A stretch of 64,000 nt of DNA from the NCBI GenBank assembly GCA_963838925.1, contig CAWISW010000002.1, forward strand, positions 96,001 through 160,000. The letters run 5' to 3'. The notes beneath the pieces are model-generated. The model searched no databases. It worked only from the letters and a program-made list of their open reading frames with translations, and was not told the DNA's origin. The DNA is from an uncultured Nitrososphaerota archaeon (GTDB lineage Archaea; Thermoproteota; Nitrososphaeria; Nitrososphaerales; Gagatemarchaeaceae). How positions within the stretch are numbered: the first letter of the stretch is position 1; each line of letters begins with the position of its first letter. Below, one piece after another: positions 19,402-27,919 of the stretch. A program made the translations under genes and the position numbers.

Positions 19402-19599
19402 GAATGTCCCCTACCGGACCGCCGCGACCGTCGCGCAAGGCCAGGCCTCGCGTGAGTCACGCGCGAGACGCATGATTCTTACAGTGCTTCCCCGGAAAAT
19501 TCGGGGCCAGTGTGTTATTTATTCATTTTTTCACGGCGATTTCACACGGGTTTGCTAATTCCGGGACCCGACACAAAGGATTTAGCGCGTCCCCCGCAC

Positions 19600-20391
19600 G
19601 TGGCCAGCGTGTCCGCCGCGAGGCCTCCCTCAGACCCCCGGAGCGAGGAGAGGCTGATACCCATGATTCGGGCGCGACTCGCAGAGCGGCTCGTCAAGGA
19701 GGGGTTCAGGCCGAAAGAGGCGGCTAGGGCCCTGAACGTGACCCAGTCGGCCGTCACCCAGTATCTCAAGCAGAAGAGGGGAGGGAACGTGGCGGCCCTC
19801 ACGTCGATCGACCGCCTGATCGACCCCCTCGCCGAGAAGCTGGTCAAGAGGATGCGGTCTGGCCTCGGCGGCGTCGAGACCACCGAGCTCGTCGAGACTG
19901 CCCGCCAGGTGATGGTGATGAACAGGGGGAGGATGATCGTCCAGGAGCAGCCGAAGCGCCCTGAGCGGGACGAGGCATTGCGGGTCTTGAGGGAGCGCCT
20001 GAAGCTGGAGCTGACAGCCGCCGAGAAGTACCTCGAGCTGTCCAACCAGACGGCAGACGACTACTCGAAGATGCTCCTCCGCATGATAGCGGCCGACAGC
20101 ATAAGGCATGGCGACGTCGTCTCGCAGGTGATGTCCTGGCTGGAGGCGGGCAGGGAGTCGGACGTCGAGATGCCCGGAAAGGCGATCCTCGAGAGCCTCA
20201 TCGCGCTCGAGGACTCAGCCCACGAGGCGAGCTTGACCAAGAGCATACACATCGGCCATCCCATAGCACAGCTGCTCTTCCAGTGGATAGACGCGGACGA
20301 GGAGAAGCACGAGGCGATAGTCTCCAAGATGCTCAAGCTCGAGGTGGACCGGAACAAGCAGGCCCGCGCGAAACGCCGCCCGTCCGCCTAG
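19600..20391 (+). CDS. HTH transcriptional regulator fused to a ferritin/rubrerythrin-like domain
   Basis: HTH EAARALNVTQSAVTQYL. C-terminal E...DSIRH and E...DEEKH di-metal patterns. Start uncertain (GTG 19600 or 19609). Confidence 0.7.
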   Translation: MASVSAARPPSDPRSEERLIPMIRARLAERLVKEGFRPKEAARALNVTQSAVTQYLKQKRGGNVAALTSIDRLIDPLAEKLVKRMRSGLGGVETTELVETARQVMVMNRGRMIVQEQPKRPERDEALRVLRERLKLELTAAEKYLELSNQTADDYSKMLLRMIAADSIRHGDVVSQVMSWLEAGRESDVEMPGKAILESLIALEDSAHEASLTKSIHIGHPIAQLLFQWIDADEEKHEAIVSKMLKLEVDRNKQARAKRRPSA

Positions 20392-20984
20392 TTTATCCTC
20401 GAGTTCGAGACGTAGACGCCGCCGTTCTGCTCGATCACCCCGTATTCGGCAAGGGAGGCCTGCGCCGGGCCGCGGGTGACGCTGCCGTTGCTAGCGTTGA
20501 AGGTCGCTCCGTGGCATGGGCAGTAGAGCTCTGAGCTCTGGAAGTCGACCGTGCACGGCCTGTGAGTGCATGTCGAGCTGAAGGCCTTCCACTGTCCGTT
20601 TAGGCTAACGAAGATGGAGCTTCCGTGCGTCGGGTGGTTGAAGTAGGCTGACGTCTTTCCTCCAAGGCTCGAGACCTGCGCGACGAGGACATATCCCGTG
20701 GGTGCTGCAGCCGAAGAGGATTGGGATGAGGATGCCGCAGACTTCGAGGACGCCGACGTCGACTGGGATGATGACGTTGCGCCCGCGGACTCGGGCGGGG
20801 CTTGGGTCGTCGACACCTGACTCGTAGCCGAGCCTATCGGAGGCAGCTGTACCTGTCGCGCCTGTTGCTGCGCGCTTGTTTGGTTCGCTCCCACCTTCGA
20901 CGCAATCTCGAAGATCCCCACCGCGCCGACCACCATGAGGGTCGTCGTCGCTATTGCCGTCCTGATGAACTCGCGCCTATTCAT
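20388..20984 (-). CDS. Tat-exported Rieske [2Fe-2S] protein with a Ser/Thr-rich linker
   Basis: MNRREFI twin-arginine signal; CTHRPC and CPCHG Rieske boxes; GPA motif. Confidence 0.9.
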   Translation of the reverse strand: MNRREFIRTAIATTTLMVVGAVGIFEIASKVGANQTSAQQQARQVQLPPIGSATSQVSTTQAPPESAGATSSSQSTSASSKSAASSSQSSSAAAPTGYVLVAQVSSLGGKTSAYFNHPTHGSSIFVSLNGQWKAFSSTCTHRPCTVDFQSSELYCPCHGATFNASNGSVTRGPAQASLAEYGVIEQNGGVYVSNSRIN

Positions 20985-21035
20985 GCCGTCTAACCACTGC
21001 CTTGCCTCGTCGTAAGCGACCTTGACCGGAAGAGC

Positions 21036-21440
21036 TCACTCGTTCACTGAGTAGATGGCGCTCGTGCTGGTCGTTGTTGTGATTGTGCTGTTCCCGGTCG
21101 CCCCTCCTAGACCAGGGTACTCGGAGTGATGGTGGTGGCCGCCGTCGAACGTCCCTCCGGCCTGCGACCCGTCGTCGGACCCACTCCCCACGGGTATGGT
21201 CGCAGGGGAGGCGCCGGACGTGGCGGTGGCGGTGCCGTTGGACGATGTCACGCTGGTCGTGGCAACCGACTGAGTGACAGGCGAAGCGCTAGCGGGCGCT
21301 CCGTTGAAGGGGTTGATGACCAGAATCAGACCCGAGGCGATCGCCAGACCCACGAGAAGGAGGACCGAGTACACGGACAGCTTGTTGTGCAATCCGCCTA
21401 CGACCTCCGCTCGAACCTGCCGTGCGTCAAGGAGAAACAA
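21036..21440 (-). CDS. Small membrane-anchored Ser/Thr-rich protein with an HHHH motif
   Basis: One TM segment, low-complexity tail and GGHHHH. Co-oriented with its neighbours. Start uncertain. Confidence 0.5.
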   Translation of the reverse strand: MFLLDARQVRAEVVGGLHNKLSVYSVLLLVGLAIASGLILVINPFNGAPASASPVTQSVATTSVTSSNGTATATSGASPATIPVGSGSDDGSQAGGTFDGGHHHHSEYPGLGGATGNSTITTTTSTSAIYSVNE

Positions 21441-21565
21441 ACTGGCATGCTAGGATGAGCCTCTGGGGTTGGAGTCATTCTCGACACAGCACCTTGCTTT
21501 GAGTTCGTGCTCGGCCCTCGCCTTATAACGGGTATGGTGCATCTGTCTAACTGCTCTCGCGGCAG

Positions 21566-21895
21566 CTAGTCGCGGAACACGACCGCGAGGAAGAAGAGGA
21601 GCAATATCACGAACTCCATCGCCGCGACGACTATCTGGTCTGTCTGATATCCGACCGCGAACACAAAGTCGTCCAGCTGCCTTATCACTATCTGGACCGC
21701 GAAGAGCCCGAAGGCGCCCGAGACCAGCAGCAGCCGCCTCAGGTGCGTCTTCCTGTAAGCAGAGAGAGACAGCGCGAGGAGGACGAGCGCGAAGATGGCG
21801 ATGGCGAAGTCCAGGACCTCCTGGGTCTCGAATCCCTCGTCGAGGTCGACGAGAGGCGAGACCAGCAGGGAGTGAACCGCGCTGACCTCGATCAT
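21566..21895 (-). CDS. Small 3-TM membrane protein coupled to the HTH regulator
   Basis: Hydrophobic helices and an AYRK-x-x-x-RRLL pattern. 4-bp overlap with the upstream regulator. Confidence 0.7.
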   Translation of the reverse strand: MIEVSAVHSLLVSPLVDLDEGFETQEVLDFAIAIFALVLLALSLSAYRKTHLRRLLLVSGAFGLFAVQIVIRQLDDFVFAVGYQTDQIVVAAMEFVILLLFFLAVVFRD

Positions 21896-22515
21896 CGCCT
21901 GCCCTCTCCCTCCGAATACGCGATGAATATGTCCGCCAGCCTACTTGACCATCTCTCCCAGACCGTGGGGTGGTACGTTTTGATGAACGTTGCTATTTCC
22001 CCGCCTCCGACGACGCTGTAGGTCACCGCCCTGCCTTCTTGGCGCCTGGCGACGATCCCAAGGTCCATCAGCCTCTTCAGGTGCCAGGACACGGTGGGCT
22101 GGGATACCTTGGTGGCATCCGCCAGCGCCTCTTGGGTGGACTCCGGATGTTCTATGATGTTGAGGAGAAGCTCCCTCGGCCTGTCCAAGCTCAGGACACT
22201 CAACACGTCTCGTTGCCTCTCCCCAAACAGGTCCGCAGGATAGAAGAACTTGTAGAGGCCGCGACGCACGGAGATGATGCGCCTGTCCCTTTCGAGCCTC
22301 TGGACGTGATACTGGACGTCCCCCATGGCGAGCGAGAGTGTCCGGCATATCTCCCTGAGGTGGACGCCAGGGTGGGAGGTGATGAACTCCAGTACCCTGC
22401 GCTGTGTCGCGTCGAGCGAGTCGACCGGCCGCTTGTCTGGGGACGAGCCGAACGGCGGCCTGTCCTCTGACCATTGCCGGCTCGCGCCGAGTCCCAACGT
22501 TGGCGGCCCGCCCAT
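21892..22515 (-). CDS. Double winged-helix transcriptional regulator
   Basis: HPGVHLREI...GDVQYHV and TQEALA...SQPTVSWHLKRL segments. Confidence 0.85.
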   Translation of the reverse strand: MGGPPTLGLGASRQWSEDRPPFGSSPDKRPVDSLDATQRRVLEFITSHPGVHLREICRTLSLAMGDVQYHVQRLERDRRIISVRRGLYKFFYPADLFGERQRDVLSVLSLDRPRELLLNIIEHPESTQEALADATKVSQPTVSWHLKRLMDLGIVARRQEGRAVTYSVVGGGEIATFIKTYHPTVWERWSSRLADIFIAYSEGEGRR

Positions 22516-22625
22516 TCGTCCCTTAAACCTCTCTCGCTGGTGGTCACGTCAGTTGGCCTTCGAGTCACTCTCGCACCGTGGGGCAAGAACCCGTCCCGTC
22601 GTCCGGAATGGGCAGCGGGTTCTCA

Positions 22626-23621
22626 TCAGCATGGGGTATACCCGCCCACCCCCGTGGGGAAGATGTTTCCTGAGCTGTCGACGTTCAAAGCGATAGCAGG
22701 AAGAGGGCTGGACGCCGGGCCGCGGAGGACCCTTCCAGAGCTGTCGAACTCCGAGCCGTGGCACCCGCAGTAGAATACGTTGGCCGAAGGCTCGTAGGTC
22801 GTCTCGCAGCAGACGTGGGTGCACAGGATGCTGAACGCTGCGAGGGTCCCGTCGCTCCTCTTGAAGAGGACGTTGGGATATCCCGATGGGTACTCGAAGT
22901 ACATGGGGGAGCCGACCTGGAGGTTGCTCGTGTTCGTGATCGGGGTGGAGGGCGAAGCGACGGTCGCTGATGCGGCGGGCGAGGAGGAGGACGAGGATGA
23001 CGGGATCTTTATCGACCCGAGCACCACGCCGAGCCCGATCAGCACCGCGAAGCCGGCAATCGTCGTGACGAACGACCTTCGCGAGTAGTTGAGCTCCTTC
23101 GCGACCCTCCTCTTCGAGACAAGGAACTGGACGTTCCCCCTGCCTAGCAGGCCGAGGACTATCACCGACCCCTGCAGGGCCAGCAGCGCGTCGAAGGCGA
23201 CCAGACCGAAGAGGTAGGACGCGAAGTAAGGTATCGTCATGTTGTACTGGGGCGCTGTCATGATGTCGCCCAGCTGGAGCACGATCCCCAGGACGGCCGC
23301 CGCGAGGCTGGCGAGGTATATGCGCTTCGACCCCAGCAGGTTCATGAGGCCAAGGGTGACGTCGAGGATCACGATTATCACGAGGCCGATCGCGTGCGAA
23401 ACGGCCAGTATCCAGAGGGAGCCGTCGGTGGCGAGGAGGTAGACGCCCGCAGCGGCAGACAGCAGCATCACGTACCCCATGTAGCGCTGCAGCTTGCGGA
23501 GGCTGTTCAGCGCGTGGTGGGTGCCGCCCTTCACCTTCTCCTGTCCCTTTTGGTAGAAGAACGGGATCATCGCCTCCTCGCCTGTCTCGAACCACTCTGG
23601 GACTGGGTCTCCGGGAGTCAT
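22626..23621 (-). CDS. Polytopic membrane Rieske [2Fe-2S] protein with an internal twin-arginine motif
   Basis: Four N-terminal TMs, then YSRRSF plus a TM, then CTHVCC and CGCHGS boxes. Confidence 0.85.
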   Translation of the reverse strand: MTPGDPVPEWFETGEEAMIPFFYQKGQEKVKGGTHHALNSLRKLQRYMGYVMLLSAAAGVYLLATDGSLWILAVSHAIGLVIIVILDVTLGLMNLLGSKRIYLASLAAAVLGIVLQLGDIMTAPQYNMTIPYFASYLFGLVAFDALLALQGSVIVLGLLGRGNVQFLVSKRRVAKELNYSRRSFVTTIAGFAVLIGLGVVLGSIKIPSSSSSSSPAASATVASPSTPITNTSNLQVGSPMYFEYPSGYPNVLFKRSDGTLAAFSILCTHVCCETTYEPSANVFYCGCHGSEFDSSGRVLRGPASSPLPAIALNVDSSGNIFPTGVGGYTPC

Positions 23622-24238
23622 CTCTTGAGGCCACCCTCCCTCATCTTCCCGACGTACTGGGTCGTCTTGTAGACCGCGACCCCGGTCGTCGCGATGAGGA
23701 CGGCCTCGGCAAGGGCGAAGGGGACGTTGAGCCCCGCCGCAGCAGAGTGTATGACCATCAACGAGATCGCGCTCAACGACAGAGTCCCGTGGAAGTAGAG
23801 CGAATCCCTGAACCTCTCAAGGAAGGCCGTCCCTGTGAGCCACACCACGAGCGCTAGGGTCGCTGAGACGTATCCCAGGAGGATCTCGACGTTGAGAGGC
23901 CATGTGATGAAGTATGCGACGTGCAGCACCAGGAATAGCCCTCCCAGGGCTGCGACCGTGATGTGGGCCCGCCTCATGAGCTCCAGGTTCTTGAAGCGCT
24001 TCAGAATCCGCCGCCGGAACAGCATCAGGACGGCCGTCGCCGATATGAGCGCGAGGGCTAGGAGGCCGAAGACGTCGCCCAGCAACAGTCCAGACCCGCT
24101 TGCGCTCAACTTTCTCACCAGTGGCGTCCACCCGATTCGCGCCGCCGCTAGGTGACTCGTGGTCGCGTTGAGTTCGTAGTTGCCATGACCTCGATGTCCG
24201 GATTCTTCCTCCGTCGTTAATAATGGGTTGTGGTGCAA
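23618..24238 (-). CDS. Multi-TM membrane protein with paired histidines (ferric-reductase/cytochrome b-like); true start probably downstream of the ORF start
   Basis: RRAH-x12-H and YFH-x12-H spacing in TM helices. ATGA overlap with the Rieske gene. Confidence 0.6.
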   Translation of the reverse strand: MHHNPLLTTEEESGHRGHGNYELNATTSHLAAARIGWTPLVRKLSASGSGLLLGDVFGLLALALISATAVLMLFRRRILKRFKNLELMRRAHITVAALGGLFLVLHVAYFITWPLNVEILLGYVSATLALVVWLTGTAFLERFRDSLYFHGTLSLSAISLMVIHSAAAGLNVPFALAEAVLIATTGVAVYKTTQYVGKMREGGLKR

Positions 24239-24374
24239 ACCTCGATACTGGAGCGCGCCTACGGCGACGCGATGCCGCGTCGGAGTAAACCAAACTTTAC
24301 CACAGCATCAAACCTTGTTGTCTGGGCTCGGTATCACCGCATCACGGCGTATCATTGCCGAGAGATTCACCGAC

Positions 24375-25022
24375 ATGAGCAAATTCGAGAAGAACTGGAA
24401 GCCGGCAGCGTCATCCGGAAGCTTCGGACAGAAGACCAAGGAGACCATCAGAGGCCCACAGCCCCTGAAGCCGCAGATACAGAAGGCCACCGGCCAACTC
24501 AACCAAGAGATTCACCGCCTAGACGGCGCGCTGAACCGCATGAAGCAGAGGGAGACGGCAATCTTCAAGAAGACCGTGAACGCCGTCCAGCAGCACGACG
24601 AGGCGACGAGCAAGGCGTACTCGAACGAGCTCGCCGAGGTCAAGAAGATGACCAAGATCGTCACCCAGTCCAAGATAGCTCTAGAGCAGATCACGATGCG
24701 CCTGCAGACGGTCACCGAGTTCGGCGACTTCACAGCAGTCCTCGCGCCGGCGATTGGCGTCATCAAGAACGTGCGCGCGAACCTCGCGACGGCGTTGCCA
24801 GACGCTCAGGGCGCTCTCGGCGACATCGGGACCGAGCTGAGCACGATGATGAGCGACGTCGGCGGGCTCACAGGCTCGAGCTTCTTCATGGGAAGCGAGA
24901 CGAGCGAGGAAGGAGAGAAGATCATGGCGGAGGCCGCGGCCATCGCAGAGAAGCGCATGGGCGAGACCTTCCCAGAGGTCCCCTCCGCGGCGGACGAGTC
25001 CGTCTTCAGCAGTGGAAGCTAG
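24375..25022 (+). CDS. cdvB: ESCRT-III / Snf7 family protein (CdvB paralogue)
   Basis: Coiled coil with YSNELAEVKKM, LEQITMRLQTV-x-EFGD, PDA and EEGEKIMAEA motifs. Start at ATG 24375. Confidence 0.85.
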   Translation: MSKFEKNWKPAASSGSFGQKTKETIRGPQPLKPQIQKATGQLNQEIHRLDGALNRMKQRETAIFKKTVNAVQQHDEATSKAYSNELAEVKKMTKIVTQSKIALEQITMRLQTVTEFGDFTAVLAPAIGVIKNVRANLATALPDAQGALGDIGTELSTMMSDVGGLTGSSFFMGSETSEEGEKIMAEAAAIAEKRMGETFPEVPSAADESVFSSGS

Positions 25023-25053
25023 CTGCAGTTAGTAGAGCAAGCTAGAAGTGGGT

Positions 25054-25083
25054 CATCCGGCCGCTTTCTTAGGCGGCCGGGTG
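25054..25083. terminator. GC-rich hairpin between the convergent cdvB and arsC-like genes
   Basis: CCGGCCGC (25057-25064) pairs with GCGGCCGG (25073-25080). Confidence 0.45.
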
Positions 25084-25117
25084 GCGCCTTCATCCTTTTC
25101 TGAAGCTGGTGTCCGAG

Positions 25118-25555
25118 TCAGCTTCTACCTGTCGAAGACTGCTTCTTGGCCAGGGCGCTTACACTCCTCTCGATCTGGTCCCGGACGAACCTGATCACCT
25201 CGATGGGTTGCCCCTGCGGGTCTGGGATGCTCCAAACTATGGCTTTCTTCCGAATCTTCTTGCGGAAGTTTCCAGGGAGTGAGTTCTCAAGCGAGCCGTC
25301 TGTAAGGACAACCAGATCCGCGTCATCTATCATCTCTCCGGTGAGTTCCTTTGGGGCGCCCCTGGATATGTCCACCCCGACCTCGCGCATGGCCTCAATT
25401 ACAAGCGGGTTCACGTGAGTCGAAGGCACTGTCCCAGCGCTCGAAGCGGTCAATCCGAACTCTCTTGCGAATCCTTCTGCCATCTGGCTTCGGCTGGAGT
25501 TCTCGATGCACACGAACAGCACGGAATCAGGGGTTCTACCCCTTCTGTCGGACAA
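25118..25555 (-). CDS. Low-molecular-weight phosphatase / ArsC-like protein
   Basis: VLFVCIENSSRSQMAE (CX5R), SAGT and W-x-IPDP motifs. Start placed at TTG 25555. Confidence 0.82.
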   Translation of the reverse strand: MSDRRGRTPDSVLFVCIENSSRSQMAEGFAREFGLTASSAGTVPSTHVNPLVIEAMREVGVDISRGAPKELTGEMIDDADLVVLTDGSLENSLPGNFRKKIRKKAIVWSIPDPQGQPIEVIRFVRDQIERSVSALAKKQSSTGRS

Positions 25556-25643
25556 TGCCAGGCCTCGAGCGATTGTCGGAGGACGGATTATTATTGACTG
25601 ACTCGGGGCGCACCTCTCCCTGACTGGTTGAAGCCCCAACCGG

Positions 25644-26345
25644 TCAGCTCGACGACCCTGCTCCCCAGAGCAGCTCGAGGAACTGCATGAAGTGGCTCGC
25701 GACGGCGCTGCTCTCCACCCATCCCGCCGCCGAGAGGTCCGGGAGACCTATCAGCGCTGTGCCGTCGTCAACCAACAAGTCGAACGCGACGATGCTACCC
25801 GTCCTCGCCTCCACATTGGCAGGAAGCCCCCCGAGCTCTTTCTCGTCGGTCATGACGCGGATCTTGACGCCCCGCGAAGCTGCCTTGCGTATCTCCTCTA
25901 ACAGCGTGCCCGACCCTTGGAGCGTCTCTGCGGGAGTCACGAGCATCATGCTTGACCGCGCGCCTCTGATCATCTCCACGAGCTTCGAGAGGACCCTCTC
26001 CTTCCCGCGGAGGGTGTATACCAGCTCCGCTTGGTCGGAGGGGGTTGCCTTGTACATGGCCTCAAGCGACGCGAACGTCTCCTTGAGCCTGGCCTGTATA
26101 TCGCCCAGGACCGTAGCCGGTTCCCTCGCCCTGTAGACCGCTGGCCTCCTGGTCACGAGCTCCACCCAGCCCAGGTCTCCGAGCCGCCTGAGCGCCTCGT
26201 AGGCGCTGGGGTAGGGCATGGAGGCCTTTGCCGCGACCTTCCTCGGGTCGCTAGGCCCCAGCTTCACGAGGAAGACGTAGCACCTGGCCTCGTAGCTTGT
26301 AAGCCCAAACTTCCTCAGCTCCCTCGACAGCTCGTCTTCTTGCAC
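25644..26345 (-). CDS. TrmB-family transcriptional regulator
   Basis: FGLTSYEARCY N-terminal wHTH; RGVKIRV and LLVDD in the effector domain. Confidence 0.88.
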   Translation of the reverse strand: MQEDELSRELRKFGLTSYEARCYVFLVKLGPSDPRKVAAKASMPYPSAYEALRRLGDLGWVELVTRRPAVYRAREPATVLGDIQARLKETFASLEAMYKATPSDQAELVYTLRGKERVLSKLVEMIRGARSSMMLVTPAETLQGSGTLLEEIRKAASRGVKIRVMTDEKELGGLPANVEARTGSIVAFDLLVDDGTALIGLPDLSAAGWVESSAVASHFMQFLELLWGAGSSS

Positions 26346-26427
26346 TAGGATTCCCTCTGATTGCTGCGAGAAGCACTTATATAGGTATTAGTAGCGTTCG
26401 CAACTAACTAATCCTTGGTGCAAATGT

Positions 26428-27900
26428 TTGGCAAAATACGACTATGATGTGATAATCGCGGGCGGCGGCATGTCCGGTCTCCTCACGGCATCCGCGATAG
26501 GCTTCTTCTCAAAGCAAAAGGCTCGGGTCCTCGTCGTGGACAGGAACACAGCAGACGAACCCGGAAAGAAGACCAACGCAGGCTGGATCTGTGGCGACGC
26601 GGCTAGCAAGAAGAGCATCGGCTTCATCGAGAAGAACATCGGGATCAAGTACGGTACGCCAGAGCTCGAGCACCCGGTGAAGGGGATCTATGTCTACTCC
26701 CCCGACCACCAGACCAAGGTCCTATTCGAGGGCGAAGGCTACATACTCAACCGGAAGCTCATGCCCAAGCGCCAGGTCAAGGACGCGAAGGGCTTCGGGG
26801 TCGAGTTCAAGTTCGGGACCACCGCGGAGAAGCTCATCGCCGAGGACGGCTACATCAGAGGGTTGGCGGGCCGCGAGTCGGATGGCAAGCCCTTCAAGGC
26901 GAGCGCGCAGATGGTCATCGACGCCTCTGGCTCCTCCTCGGTCCTGAGAAAGTTCAACCCAATCGACAGCTTCATCGAAAGGGAGATCGACATCGAGGAC
27001 ATGGAAGCGACAGGCCGCTATCTCATGGAGTTCGACCAGGGGGTCAAGGACGAGACCTACTTCACGCCGGACTATTGCCTCATACACCTTGACCAGGTCA
27101 TCGCCCCCGCCGGCTACGCCTGGGTCTTCCCCAAGGGCAAGAATAAGGTCAACATCGGGCTGGGAGTCTCGAAGCCCGGTCTCGACAGGAGGAACAAGAA
27201 GCTGGGGAAGAACGACACGCTCTCAACACTCATTGACCAGTACGTCAAGGACAACCCCTGCATCAAGAACGGCAGGCTCTCGACCAACCCCGACGACAAG
27301 GGGAACGAGAAGGGCAACTGGCAGGTGCCTGTCCGAAGGCAGAACGACTGCATGGTGGCGAACGGGTTTGCAGTCATCGGCGACGCTGCGTGGCTGCCCA
27401 GGCCTCTCGACGCGGGAGGGATGGGGCCCGCGATGTACGCCGCGATGATCCTGGGCAAGGTGGCGGCTCACGCAATCGAGGCGAACGACGTCTCCCAGGA
27501 AGGGCTCTGGCAATACAACTCCGAATACATGGCCACCCACGGCTACCAGATGGCCTCCTTCGAGGTGCTAAGGCGCTACCTCCAGACCGTAACCAACGAG
27601 CAGATCAACTTCGGGATGAAACACTTCCTCACCCAAGAGGACATCGACGCCATCACTGAGAGGCGTCACCCCAGATTCAACGCGATCAGCAAGCTGAACC
27701 CAATGCTCCTCATGAGGGTCGCGAGCCAGATGGAGCTAGCGAAGGGGCTGCGCTACACCGCGGACAAGAGCGAGGCGCTCGTCCAGCACAACCTGAAGTA
27801 TCCCGCCACCCCGAAGGGCTTCCCAGAGTGGAGGAAGCAGCTCCTCGTCGAGATCGACGACACCAAGAAGCGCTTCAACCTCTCCGGGGCGGCAGCGTAA
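26428..27900 (+). CDS. Geranylgeranyl reductase family flavoprotein (digeranylgeranylglycerophospholipid reductase-like)
   Basis: DVIIAGGG, ICGDA, IDASG, PAGYAWVFP and GDAA motifs. Confidence 0.87.
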   Translation: MAKYDYDVIIAGGGMSGLLTASAIGFFSKQKARVLVVDRNTADEPGKKTNAGWICGDAASKKSIGFIEKNIGIKYGTPELEHPVKGIYVYSPDHQTKVLFEGEGYILNRKLMPKRQVKDAKGFGVEFKFGTTAEKLIAEDGYIRGLAGRESDGKPFKASAQMVIDASGSSSVLRKFNPIDSFIEREIDIEDMEATGRYLMEFDQGVKDETYFTPDYCLIHLDQVIAPAGYAWVFPKGKNKVNIGLGVSKPGLDRRNKKLGKNDTLSTLIDQYVKDNPCIKNGRLSTNPDDKGNEKGNWQVPVRRQNDCMVANGFAVIGDAAWLPRPLDAGGMGPAMYAAMILGKVAAHAIEANDVSQEGLWQYNSEYMATHGYQMASFEVLRRYLQTVTNEQINFGMKHFLTQEDIDAITERRHPRFNAISKLNPMLLMRVASQMELAKGLRYTADKSEALVQHNLKYPATPKGFPEWRKQLLVEIDDTKKRFNLSGAAA

Positions 27901-27919
27901 TAAGTCCGGCCGGGAAGCG

